Below, one piece after another: positions 35,593-46,605 of a stretch of 64,000 bases of DNA. A program made the translations under genes and the position numbers. The number at the start of each line of letters is the position of its first letter. The first letter of the stretch is position 1. This stretch comes from Podospora anserina (lineage: Eukaryota), in the NCBI GenBank assembly GCA_017654855.1, contig CM030332.1, positions 5,890,001 through 5,954,000 of the forward strand, read 5' to 3'. The notes below the pieces were generated by a model, which saw only the letters and a list, made by a program, of their open reading frames with translations, did not search any database and was not told where the DNA came from.

Positions 35593-37218
35593 GACTGGCT
35601 GTGGTCTGCCCTCCTTGCCCACCTTGCGTACCGGCCAGTGGCAGTATAGCGACTTGCTCTGGTGGTGCTCCACACATCCGTGTGTAATACACTGGAACCA
35701 AGGTACTCTCCGGTGTTCCGGATGCCTGGGATGAAGTTGTGCCGTATCTCCCTCACAGGGTGTGTACCATATGAGCGTGGGTGTGTCTCCTGGCAACTTC
35801 GCGATCCCAATACTGGCGACCTTCTTGCCCTTCCAGTACTCTTCCCAGCTCTTGTACAAGAGCTTCACAGGCTGTGATATATCCTGTGAGACAGTGATTC
35901 TGTGCTTGCCGTACTGCCTCTCTGGTATCGTCCACCTGGTAGGTCCTTCCCATAGTGTGGGGTTGTCGTCCTTGGCGACCTCCGTAGTGATTTCTGCAGT
36001 GACTCGTGCCACTTGATCCTGCAGTGCCTGTATCTGAAGATCTCCTTCCTCAAGCTCCGCCTTTAGTTTTTCCACTGCTCCCTGCAGCTCCTGGAACCCT
36101 GTCTCTTGTCCGGCGTGCCAGTTGGAGTCTTCCTCGAAGCTTACCGCTTCGCCTTGCTGGTACCCGATGGCTGCGACCTCCACAACCCTCGGTCCCCTCG
36201 ATGTGGTGGTTGCTGCAATCTCCTTTTTCCATCCGAGTCTCTTGGGTGCCCTGCAGTCTTTCTTAAAGTGTCCTGCCTTGCCGCAGTTGAAACACTTGAG
36301 GTTGTCTCTGCCCTGGCCCCGGCCTTGTGGTCTCTGTTGCTGTATGGCGTCGACCTCCATCGGTCCTGCGTGTGTAGTGCCGGAGTAGCTAGTGCTGGGG
36401 TATCTTCTCTTTTGCTTATCGTTGGGACGGTTATTACCGAAGTGTCCCTTGTTGTTGTTGCCGTAGTGACCCCTACTGCCTCTCTTCTCCGTGCGCCGCT
36501 GGAACTGCCGATCGTCGATCCGAATGGCCATAGCGATATACTTGTCGATAGTGTCAGGCCTCGACTCCTTGTACAACTCATCCTTCACCTCTTCCTTGAG
36601 GCCGTTGTAGAAGAGCTGCATCAACCCCTCATCGTTGATAGTGCTACGCAGGCTGTCGATCTTGAATAGAGCCGCGTAATCAGCCGCTGAGCGCGTCTGA
36701 CGTAGGTTTGCGAGCCTCTCCTGCGCGCGCCTTGCCTCATCGTACTCCCCAAACACCTCCTTGAGCTTAGTCTCAAAGATACGATAGCTCTCGAAGCATT
36801 CCACGGTAATCTTCTCTTGGTCCTCCGGCTCCTGCTCGTAGTAGTTGTCGAGGATAGGCTCGAACCACGCGAGAGCCCTGTCCTTGAGTCTGGTAGCCGC
36901 GAAGATTACCTTTGACTCTTCGTTAGTGAACTGGTCTGGGTAGTAACGAAAATAGGTTTTGAGCTGGATTAAGAACCCTCCAAGCTCTGCCTTTCCTCCT
37001 CCATAGCGCTCCGGTGCCGGGAACTTGACGGTTGACTTGGGTGTGGTCGTGATGGCGATGATCTGCTCCCGGGTCTGCTGAGCCTCTTCCTCAAGCTCCC
37101 TAAGGCGCTTGACGACCTGTTCTGCAGTAGTGAGTGCAGGTCTGGTGCTGGTGGAAGGTCCCTCGCCGCCTGGGCTAGGCGGGACGCCTCCCATCTGAAT
37201 ATTCTCAGGTCCGGCCAT
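35089..37218 (-). CDS. gag: gag (capsid + CCHC zinc knuckle); C-terminus runs out of frame into RNase H DNA after the deletion
   Basis: PERYGG...FLIQLKTYF, QTRSAADYA, FYNGLKEEVKDEL, GPMEVD, CFNCGKAGHFKKDC. Confidence 0.92.
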   Translation of the reverse strand: MAGPENIQMGGVPPSPGGEGPSTSTRPALTTAEQVVKRLRELEEEAQQTREQIIAITTTPKSTVKFPAPERYGGGKAELGGFLIQLKTYFRYYPDQFTNEESKVIFAATRLKDRALAWFEPILDNYYEQEPEDQEKITVECFESYRIFETKLKEVFGEYDEARRAQERLANLRQTRSAADYAALFKIDSLRSTINDEGLMQLFYNGLKEEVKDELYKESRPDTIDKYIAMAIRIDDRQFQRRTEKRGSRGHYGNNNKGHFGNNRPNDKQKRRYPSTSYSGTTHAGPMEVDAIQQQRPQGRGQGRDNLKCFNCGKAGHFKKDCRAPKRLGWKKEIAATTTSRGPRVVEVAAIGYQQGEAVSFEEDSNWHAGQETGFQELQGAVEKLKAELEEGDLQIQALQDQVARVTAEITTEVAKDDNPTLWEGPTRWTIPERQYGKHRITVSQDISQPVKLLYKSWEEYWKGKKVASIGIAKLPGDTPTLIWYTPCEGDTAQLHPRHPEHRRVPWFQCITHGCVEHHQSKSLYCHWPVRKVGKEGRPQPVRTTQSTIRSYSPSSKRSRSGGHTSVAPSTKCRSIRTTRTCGTLPPRRSSTRGRHDGQSFSRNLISRSTTRRVRRTPGQTHLAGEPTTTRMHPGSHHHYLRRRQMALSNIYCSCGWSVAQCIARGPLPASTKGSWAAISQSNTGRKSWSHKASGKTVREDCGIRIERT

Positions 37219-37264
37219 GGTGGTGAAAAGACGCCTTCAACTTATCCGTGACAAAGTTGAAGTG

Positions 37265-37273
37265 AGTATGCAA
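37265..37273 (-). other. Self-priming-type primer binding site (TTGCATACT), complementary to AGTATGCAA in the LTR
   Basis: Lies 2 nt inside the 5' LTR boundary. Its exact 9-nt complement is at 37415-37423, about 35 nt downstream of the LTR TATATATA. Confidence 0.75.
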
Positions 37274-37275
37274 CG

Positions 37276-37647
37276 TGTGACGAACCCCTATCCAGAACCT
37301 CTGAAAGGGATACTGGTCGAAGGCACTTCTGAATAATCGTGGCTCGGTGCAGCTAAACAGTGCACAACAAGATGTCTCAATGTAAACACTAGATACCGTG
37401 AATACAAGCTTGAATTGCATACTGCGGAACTGTCTATCTACACCAGCCAGTTCCTCCGTATATATAGACCTAATTATCACCATTATCACCAGTGATAATG
37501 TCGATTATCACCCATTATCACCGAGGGCTGGTGATAATCGTGATTATCACCCAGCGCCAGTGATAATCCAACCTTCCCCACTTTTCCGTTCCTTAGTGAT
37601 TGGACGGGCCGCGCCCCGCGCGCCCCACTTATGTCAGGTTCGTGACA
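37276..37647 (-). repeat. 5' LTR
   Basis: Appears identical to 32227-32598. Confidence 0.97.
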
Positions 37648-38159
37648 GGTCGGGCTTCGGTGTGGTTATACGAGCGGGCCAAATCGCTTATTTTCTTCGC
37701 CGGAAACTAATTCTTTCAAGGCCAACATCGGGCCAGGATGCCTAGCGATCCGAGGGCTTCTGCCTAACGTCGCCGGCTTTTTATTCCGTGTCACATCCAG
37801 CGGGCGAGCTACCTCATGTGCCACAACTCCACTCTCGACTGCACAGCTGTACCACTGTAGGCGTGGCTGTCACATGCTGCGGCATATTCGAACGTGCGCG
37901 AAATACTGATCCGATGACCTTAGCTTAAAGCATCTTGGTGGGACGGTTTGACCAATTAGATAGATGTTTGTCGTTCTTTTCCACACCGCTGACGTGTATA
38001 ACTGCCGAATCGCGGCCATCATTGACCAGTTCTATCTTTCCCAAACCATCCCTTTTCGTGCTCGTCGTAGTCCTGATACACGACTGCTTTGCGGCATAAA
38101 CTATCAGGCGCTGATATGTAAGCTGCAGACCATCACCGCCTGCAAAGTCAGTACGATCT

Positions 38160-38959
38160 ATGGCTTATAGTGCGGGAGTTCCTGGCCTTAACAAGGCCTT
38201 GAGGGAGGAAGACCTGGAGAAGAGCCGCAACATGTACAGTATTACAATCTTCATGAAGTTCTGACAACCGCAACTAACCTCCCTAGTTATAACCGACTTC
38301 CGGACGATTCGCAACAACCGGAGATCCTCAAGTCACACATACACGACCTTGCCACGCTCTTCGTCCGGAACCGCGCCGACAGAATATTCGGCATACACCT
38401 GGCTCATGCGCACTTCGCTGTCCCCGACAAAACAGTTCTGCTTGGGGTCAATCACGAGACGCCTCACTGCCGCTGGGCCAACGCCACTACGTTCCAGGCG
38501 ATAGATCTTAACAACGTGCATGGGCACATATTCGTTCTCACCGAACACGGCTTTCATCCATACGAGTATCAGGCAGGACCCGTGCCAGATCTCTCTCAAG
38601 TCGGTGACTGCTTCCTCGCCGAGCTCGCCGGTTTTCTGAACGCACATAACTTAACAACACATATCGGACTGCAAGTCATCGATCCATATCCCGGCCACAT
38701 GCTTGAGCTCGTACTCCCGCAGGGAACTATCATGCTGGATGCTTCGAGCGTGGACGGGTGTGTCCCAACAAGGCAGACGGGCTGGAAGTTTGAAATTGAG
38801 AATGGGGAGCCGCGCGTATGTAAGTCAAATGAGACGCATGCTCGACATGCCAACGGGCATGATGTTTTTAACGCAGGCGCACTTCATCCAAAGTTTGAAG
38901 CTTTTGATGATGTCAAACACGCGCTTGAACAGCAGAGTATTCTCCGTTTGGGTGTGTAG
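38160..38959 (+). CDS. Hypothetical protein, 2 exons
   Basis: ATG 38160 and intron GTACAG(38234)..CTAAC..TAG(38286) give an open frame MAYSAG...YNRLPDD...FGIHLAHAHF...HPYEY...TGWKF. Confidence 0.65.
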
Positions 38960-38987
38960 TGTAGTCCAGTCATTTAAGTGATTAGTT

Positions 38988-39938
38988 TTAAGTATGGACC
39001 ATTGGCTTGCTCCGTCTGGCTAATTCTTCGCCCATTTCTGTCGAAAGCCAAAGCGTGAGGAACGACCTTTTCTTCTCATCGTAGGCTTTGTAATCCCCTC
39101 CTGGATTTGTCAACCATATTTCCCCAACATCATCAACGTTGGACACTGCATATTGAGTGTCATCTTTGCTAACAATAAAGACATTTCCCTCATACAATTT
39201 CGTTACCGCCTTTTTCTCTGTCGACGCTTTTCCTGTTAGCTCTCTATCGTATAGCGGAGAGAGGTAACGTACCCTGACTTGGCCCCGCCTTATCGCACGT
39301 TACAGCCTGGTTGTCTGCTGCGCCATCACCTTCAACAGCATCGAATTTCCGCTTGCGCATCTGTAGCCGAGTGGTTGTATGATCTGGCCCAGTTAGCGTC
39401 TGGCCTATTTCAAGTTGCCTTATTCAGTACCTTGCATGAATTTATAGTATGACTCGTCGTCATCGGGATTGTTGACTATGGCATTAACGGCTTTGTCGAT
39501 ATCGGGGCGATAGAGAAGGTGGGAAAGCTTACGGCGACGGAAAAATTCCGGACCACGTGTTCGAAGAAGCTTAAACTCTGCATCCTCCAGCTTCACGATT
39601 TCTTCAATCGAATAAGACAAGCCTAAAAACTTCAGCGCATTGCAGTCCCAATCTCGCAATTGCTTATGCCTGCCTCCTCCGCGACTCTCCTTTCTAAAGA
39701 CGAAACGAATTAAGTGCTTCACCCCCGTTGCCCGTTGGTTAGGGAGGGCCTTTCCAACCTGTTGCTGTCGCAGTAAGTTCGTAGTGGCTTGCAACGATTT
39801 CTGGACGCTAACTTGGGCTTTCAGTGACGAGAGTTTCTGCGAAATCCTGTCGAGAGTGCTATCTGGGACATCGATATCCCAGAGTTCTTTAATTTTGTCT
39901 AAGTCGCGCTCAATATCCTCCAGCAAATTGACAGACAT
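38988..39938 (-). CDS. Hypothetical protein, 3 exons, intact copy
   Basis: MSVNLLEDIER...; two introns with GT donors, CTAAC branch points and CAG acceptors; duplicated as a pseudogene at 7796. Confidence 0.7.
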
Positions 39939-40680
39939 AATGCGACAGAGTCCCAAGGCGGTCAAGTTCCCAAGGCGGTCAAGTGAGCGAAATCGAGGTC
40001 ACTGGTGGAGTGGGCAGGATTTCGAAGTCACGAGCGGGGTGGGCGGGATTTGAGGTTACGTGCGAGGTAAGAGGGATTCGAGGTCGCCCTGGCAGGATAG
40101 CGAGATGCGAAGTTATAAGCGGGGGTAGGTGAGATTTAAGGTTTTGAGCGAGGTAAGAGAGATTCGAAGCCACAAATGTATAAACGAGATTCGAGGTCGC
40201 CCTGGCAGGATAGCGAGATGCGAAGTTATAAGCGGGGGTAGGCAGGATTCGAAGGTGGCGAGATTAAATGCGACAACTAGTAAGGTAGGGAACCTTCTCG
40301 CTTATTACGGCGGTAATGTATAAGTCCCAGGCGGGCGTGTAAATAAGTGAAACGGATAGGACGCCTTGTCGCTAAGTTTAAGGAATGGCCGCTTGGACTT
40401 ACGTCCAAATAGGTGCAAGCGGTGAGGTTCAACTCCATTGGCGGCAAGCATAGCGGAGGGTATTAATATTCCCAACCACACATTTTCTCGGGTTTATGCA
40501 AGTATATCCTCTGATGGGCGAGATTTTGAGTCACAAACAGGGTGGACGAGATCCGACGGGCGGGGTAGGTGAGATTAAATGCGACGACTAGCAAGGTAGG
40601 GAAAATTCTCGCTTACCACGGCGGTGACACTTTTCCCGGTTCAATGCAGAGCCCTTCCATTCAGGCAGCAGGACGTGGGC
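39049..40680 (-). repeat. Copy B of ~1.5-kb inverted duplication (with an extra ~115-bp internal segment)
   Basis: See 7150-8685. GATTCGAGGTCGCCCTGGCAGGATAGCGAG... occurs twice here. Confidence 0.97.
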
Positions 40681-40787
40681 AGCTTTTTTTAATTGGCTGA
40701 CATGGGCTGTATGCGAGGCAGCCGGCTGCGAGAAGAGGGCTGCAGATTTGATGGCTGTTGAACTAGCCGCTGCCACCCTTGCACATA

Positions 40788-42641
40788 ACGTGCATGATAA
40801 GCGAGCGACGCAGATAAGCGAGCGACGCACTCTCCACCACAACACGTCTCTTAAATATCTTCTACTACAATTCACCACCAACAACCATGGACGGCCCTTC
40901 AAAAGAAGCTAGACTTCTTCTTGCCCTCGAAGCTATTCAAAATAAGGAGGATCTTAGTATCCGTATTGCAGCTAAGTTATATAACGTCCCAGAAGTAACC
41001 CTCCGCTATAGGCGTAATGGCCGACCAATGCGACGCGATATTCCAGCCAACTCACGTAATTTAACGGATCTGGAGGAGAAGACGATAGTTCAGTACGTCC
41101 TTGAGCTATCTGCACGCGCATTCCCACCTAGATTAAGTGGCGTGGAAGATATGGCCAACCAACTGCTACGCGTACGCGACGCGCCTCCTGTTGGCAAACG
41201 CTGGGCCCATAACTTCGTTAAACGCCAGCCACAGCTCCGTACGCGTTTTACGCGCAGATACGACTACCAGAGAGCTAAATGCGAGGATCCAAAGGTCATT
41301 ACTGAGTGGTTTATACTCGTACGGAACACCAAGGCCAAGTACGGTATTGTAGATGACGATATCTACAACTTCGACGAGACTGGGTTTGATGGGCATTATC
41401 TTCGCAGGTATGGTAGTTACAACCTCGGACGGCCTTAGCAAGGCAAAACTGGCCCAGCCTGGTAACCGCGAGTGGGCAACGGTAATACAGGGAGTCAATG
41501 CCCTCGGCTGGGCTATCCCGCCCTTCATTATCTTGGCCGCACAGTACCACCTTGCCAACTGGTATACCGAGTGCAATTTACCGTCTACTTGGCGCATCGC
41601 AACTACCGATAATGGCTGGACTACCAATCCGGTAGGCCTAGATTGGATCAAGCACTTCGACTATCATACAGCGTTCCGTACGAAGGGTAAATACCGGTTA
41701 TTAATCCTCGATGGCCACGAAAGCCACCACTCAACTGAATTCGAGCGCCACTGCCAGCAGAACAATATTATCACGCTCTGCATGCCTCCACACTCCTCCC
41801 ACCTCCTCCAGCCACTCGATATTGGCTGCTTTGGGCCGCTAAAACAGGCGTACGGCCGCCAGATCGAGGGCTTAATGCGCATACATATCAACCACGTAAG
41901 CAAGCTCGAGTTTCTCTGTACCTTCCGCGAGGCTTTCTTCGCCTCTATAACGGAGAAGAATATACAGGGTAGCTTTGCGGGTGCTGGCCTTGTTCCATAC
42001 GATCCAGAGAGGGTGCTTTCTAAGCTAGATATAAAGCTTCGTACGCCAACACCCCCATCCTCAAGGCCGGGCACGGCACTACCTTGGGTATTCCAGACAC
42101 CACAAAACCCCGAGAAGCCAACTCACAGTCAACGCTTATTAAGACTCGCATTACCAACCATCAAAATAGCTCCCCGACCTCGATGTTGGTTGCTATAGAC
42201 CAGCTTACTAAGGGTACGATGGCTGTGATGCACCAGGTGGCCCTCCTTCAGTCAGAGAACGCTTCGCTCCGCAAGGCCAATGAGGCACTAAGTAAGCGCC
42301 GGAGAGCTAAAAACACGTGTACGGCTCGGAGGATCACTTACTGTGCAAGATGCACATGATCTACTGGACCAGAAGGCCGTGGGTGGGGAGGCAGTGGAAG
42401 AAATACAGCCGGATGGCGGTAGTGCAGGGGCTCGTACGAAGGTTCAGTGCTGTGGTGTGTGCGGCAAGCCTGGCCATAATGCCCGCACTTGCCAGGAGGC
42501 TGCAGAAGGGTCTGATTCAGCTGTTTCTGACGTAATTGTAGTTGGTTCTTAATGTTGTGGTCTAGCAATTGAGGATAGTTATAGTAAGGTGGTGGAGAGT
42601 GCGTCGCTCGCTTATCTGCGTCGCTCGCTTATCATGCACGT
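40788..42641 (+). mobile_element. Fot1/pogo (Tc1-mariner) DNA transposon, 1854 bp
   Basis: 53-bp perfect TIRs ACGTGCATGATAAGCGAGCGACGCAGATAAGCGAGCGACGCACTCTCCACCAC with an internal direct repeat; TA TSD on both sides. Confidence 0.97.
40887..42552 (+). pseudogene. pogo DDE_1 transposase with about 3 frameshifts
   Basis: HTH-psq, CENP-B HTH, YNFDETGF, LILDGHESH, PPHSSHLLQPLD and CGVCGKPGHNARTC, split over 4 ORFs. Confidence 0.93.
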
Positions 42642-43039
42642 TATGCATCAGGATGTACTTGTGTGAACGGCAAGGCTGCCGAAACAATACTCCTGCCTGT
42701 GGGATTTATGCATTGGCGTGGGCCGCATGTCGATCCAACTTGAGTATCTAGGTTACCGCCGATTATTTATCTCCCTCTCTTCATTCGAGCAGTCGTAAAT
42801 ACGGATCGAGCAATCTATACACGGGATAGTGCAAGAAAACCCTCCTTACCCCCCTCAACACTCCATCCCTGCCTCCTCCACTCTCCATCAAATCACCCCC
42901 TGACCCTCACCATACCACAGTCCCCTTCCCTCCCTCCCCATCACCATGACACCACCCTCCATAACCATCACACTCCTTCTTCCCCAACCCCTTCACCACT
43001 CTGCTTGATACGAGTAACCGGCTGGCGGGACCATCTGGT

Positions 43040-43445
43040 GAGCCAATCATCAATCCTTTCCACACCCTGCCGGTCTCCTTCCACAGTCTCCCGCTTATCC
43101 TCGTCAACCCAGCCCGGGGTATAACTCCACCGCCAAAATCAATGAGCCAGGCATCGCCCTCCATATCAATCAAGACGTTCAAGGCGCCAAATCCTTTAAA
43201 GTGCCTCGATTCTCGATGCACGTGAGAACTAAACGGGTCCCAGAATGGTCCTTTTCGCTGTTATCGAGAGCATAGTGTTGGAGGACATCATCGTCATTGT
43301 CGATAATTAGACCGTAAAGGCGACCGATACGTACGTCGGCGAGAAGGGGCGGGCTTGCCTCGGTATCCGCTAGGATCTTCCTATATGCCTGCAGCTCGTG
43401 GTATCCATGCACTCGACCTGAGACCCAAGGTTTGAAGAAGTACAC
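43040..43445 (-). pseudogene. Protein-kinase-like fragment with catalytic loop deleted
   Basis: YFFKP..HELQAYRKI...RLYGLI...ENRGTL joined directly to NVLID..DAWLIDFGGG. Confidence 0.6.
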
Positions 43446-44309
43446 AGTGTGCTTGAAGGAACTTGTTGGTTACATAATCACCTGGACGTAAGAATCCCTG
43501 TCGCGAGAGGGCTACTTTGAAATGTGGTTGAATGTGGCTGCTGCCCTCTGTGCGAGTCGCGGGTGCATCAGCAGGCTACTATGCGTTAGAGCAAAGAGAT
43601 AGCAAATAGGGTGAATGATCTTACACGCCGCCTTCTTCCATTTTAACTTCCCTTCTCGGGTATGCTTTTATGATATCTTCCGGGGCATTAAGAGTGCCGT
43701 TCGGCAACAGCTCTCCACTTAAGTTAAGTTTGTGAGAGCCATCACAGCAGAACCAATGGGACTTGGAGCCCAGCATATAGAGGACTAGCCCATTATCCGC
43801 CTCTACCCTTGCGTCCCATTTATAATAACCCTTTGTCGTGCCCCAGGGAAACCGGAAGCGAGTCACGATAGGGTAGCGGTCGAGGATCTCCTTAAGACGC
43901 TAACATAGTAAATAACAATCCACAAGACAGCGTCGTATTTCCTACTTACTGGGTCTTTCCAAAGCTCTAGTTTGAAATGCTCGAGCTTAGTATCATCACT
44001 CCTAGCACGGTCTTCGCGGAAAAGCCAATTAACAAGCCCCCCGATTGTCGCGTTCTTTTGATAGAAGAACCCATGGTCCTCCCAGAACTGCTAGACGTTT
44101 CCCGCAGATACCGATAAAGAAACCTGATTTAGTTCGAAGAAACCTGCTTAGAGCTTAATAGAGCCATAAGTCTGGTCCTACGCTCAAGAAAGGTAAAGAA
44201 AATACGTGGCCTGATGGTGCTTATCAGTTTCCTGCGTGGGACAACTTTGCGTCATTCCGAGAAGGTTCTACCCCTCCTCCGGTTGGCGGCAAGGGAGGGG
44301 GCCGTATCG

Positions 44310-44440
44310 TGCATTTGGTGCATTTGGTGCATTTGGTGCATCTGGATGCATTTGGTGCCTCTGGATGCATTTGGTGCCTCTGGATGCATTTGGTGCATCT
44401 GGATGCATTTGGTGCCTCTGGATGCATTTGGTGCCTCTGG
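44310..44440. repeat. Tandem repeat: TGCATTTGG x3 then 19-bp TGCATTTGGTGCCTCTGGA units
   Basis: Directly visible. Confidence 0.92.
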
Positions 44441-44860
44441 GTAGCCTTATCCGAGCCTTGCGCGATACATTGTATAGGCTTCGTTTGACCAAACTGCACG
44501 ATGCATATCTTATTTCTTGCCGGTACGCCGTTAACAGTGTCCCAGCTCTGGTTCCAGTCCGTGTATCAGCTCGCCGTAGGGAGAATCGAGTGCCGTGCTC
44601 GGACGGTTCAAGGAAGACCTTACGTGATAGAAACATACGAGTGGGTGGTGCATTCAATGGCCCTTGTCAACAGGTCTAGAAGAGGGGAGCTTATTTTACT
44701 TGCTGAGGCGGCCCGGTCAAGAGGCCAAATCATGCATATCGGGGAGATAGCTCATGGCTCAGTGAGGTACGTGAAATGCACGGCTATAGGACCTGCCGCA
44801 ACTTCTCAGACAGGGGAAAGCTTACCATCGGCCAAGGCGATCCAGTCAAGATGTTGAATC

Positions 44861-45362
44861 ATGCACGTTAGTTCGCAGAGATTGCTCCGGCAGAGGCATA
44901 ACGATCTGTATCGGCTCGCGATCACAGCAGACGTCTAGATTAGCCAGTTTTGGTCGTTGGATTCTAACCTGGCTGAGTGCTCACGGCGGTCTAGTGGTCA
45001 ATGGCTTCGTTCTGTTGTACCGGAAGCGTGAAAGCCCGGCTGCCATGTTTGATATGCTACTTCTACCTCGAAATATTCTCTGCACCCTAAGTAATTCTCT
45101 CCTCTGCGATGTCTTTCGATGGGCCATTTATCGAATCGTATAGAGCATTAGCATCGCGTTCGTATCATAACGCAAGCGAGGCATTGCCTGTATCTGTGAG
45201 GGACTTACATTCCTCGGAGAGGCAACTAAATATCTGGTTGTATTTATGCTCTTCGCCTTCGGCCTGTGCTATGCGTTTCTCAGAAGTTTGCTACCCCGCC
45301 TGCTACTCTACCTCTTTGGACAAAACGCAAGCACCCAGACATCTTACCGAGATTTGAACCCC
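44861..45362 (+). repeat. ~500-bp diverged direct duplication (partner 56213-56744)
   Basis: ATGCACGT..GTTCGCAGAG through GAGATTTGAACCCC in both; shared ORF-track peptide MSFDGPFIESYRALASRSYHNA. Confidence 0.92.
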
Positions 45363-46605
45363 GTCAGAAGACCTTATAACGGTATCACTCTAAACCTCCC
45401 CTTAAGGTAGACTGAGTTCGAGCTAATAATTACTGTCCCTCCTGCGATACCAGCCACCTTAATCCAGACTGTCTCGGCGTACCAGTCATTCCTCTCTACG
45501 CCGTTCATTCCTCTTCAGTCTCCATCTGCTTTATATAAAGTCGCACTTCACTTCCACACTGTACGACATGCCGGTTAGCGAGCCTCATGTTCAGGCACTT
45601 TCTCCAGACGCCAAAGAAGCGGCCTGCTTCGGCCGCAACCACCAACAACTAGGAGAGGTGGATGGTCCGAAACCATGGCTCGAGAGGTTAAAAAACGAAC
45701 AAGAGTCTCGAGGCGACGTGGTTCACCCTTAGGTTTACCGTAATATCCTTTTTAAAGTTGACTGCCTATAAGATAAGGGGCCGGCCCTCTGTTATAGTCA
45801 TTTTTAACCTAAAGAACTTTGTCGATCCATAGGGGTTCGTTAAAGATAAAGTCCCAGATCCGAGCATAATTGTGGTTCTTCTTTGCCAGTAAGGTTCTCC
45901 AGGTTAATGCTCGTAGTAGCGAAGCCCGAAATAAGGGTGTAAGATAGTCCGCAATCTTATCTGTCAGCTCACTGGGTAGCTGAATTAAGCGTACCGGACT
46001 TATTTACATACAGAATAGACTGGAGATTGTGACTGCTAGAAATAGAGTAATCCCGAGTATCTTTAAGGTAAGGCTCTGCAGTCTCTAAGAGCCATTTGTG
46101 GAGTCTTGAAAAAACGAGGCTGGAGTATAGCGTATACCTATTATGCGGCTCCAAAAACAGCTCCCAGAAGCGGCTAGGGTGGACACGATCGACGGTTTTG
46201 CCACTCAACCACTCTTGGTACAGTATTGCCTGGCAACATATTAGCTACAAGGAGAAACTATCCACTGCGGGTCTATATTACGCTCCGGGACAGCGAAATG
46301 GAGTTTTGCTACGGTTGTGAGGAGTTCTAATGCGGCTCTGGCCCAAGAACAAGCGTTTATACTAACTACCGAACTGTAGAAGCCTTTTTTGGCGGTTGAG
46401 CAAACGCCATTTGGCCGGGCAGGCGGGAATGTGAACTGATCATGGTAAATGGAGCGGGGCTATGTTCTTCGGCTCCCCGGATGCGCCGTAGTTTCTATTA
46501 TAAGCAAGCCGATTATCACATACGTTCTAGAGTTAATCCGCCGTACCTGCCTCGTTAACCCCACAAAGATATCTTTTCTACAGCTTTCACTCGGTTCCCT
46601 ACACC

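Larger units (their letters stand above)
32227..37647 (-). mobile_element. Ty3/gypsy chromovirus LTR retrotransposon, non-autonomous (protease/RT deleted), 5421 bp
   Basis: Two 372-bp LTRs (TGTCACGAACC...GGTTCGTCACA on minus), 5-bp TSD GGTCG at 32222-32226 and 37648-37652, gag with CCHC, partial RNase H, integrase, chromodomain and PPT. Confidence 0.97.

Noticed and set aside
35593-35701. N-terminus of the 686-aa ORF as genuine pol start
   Set aside because: It is an alternative frame of gag DNA upstream of the deletion junction
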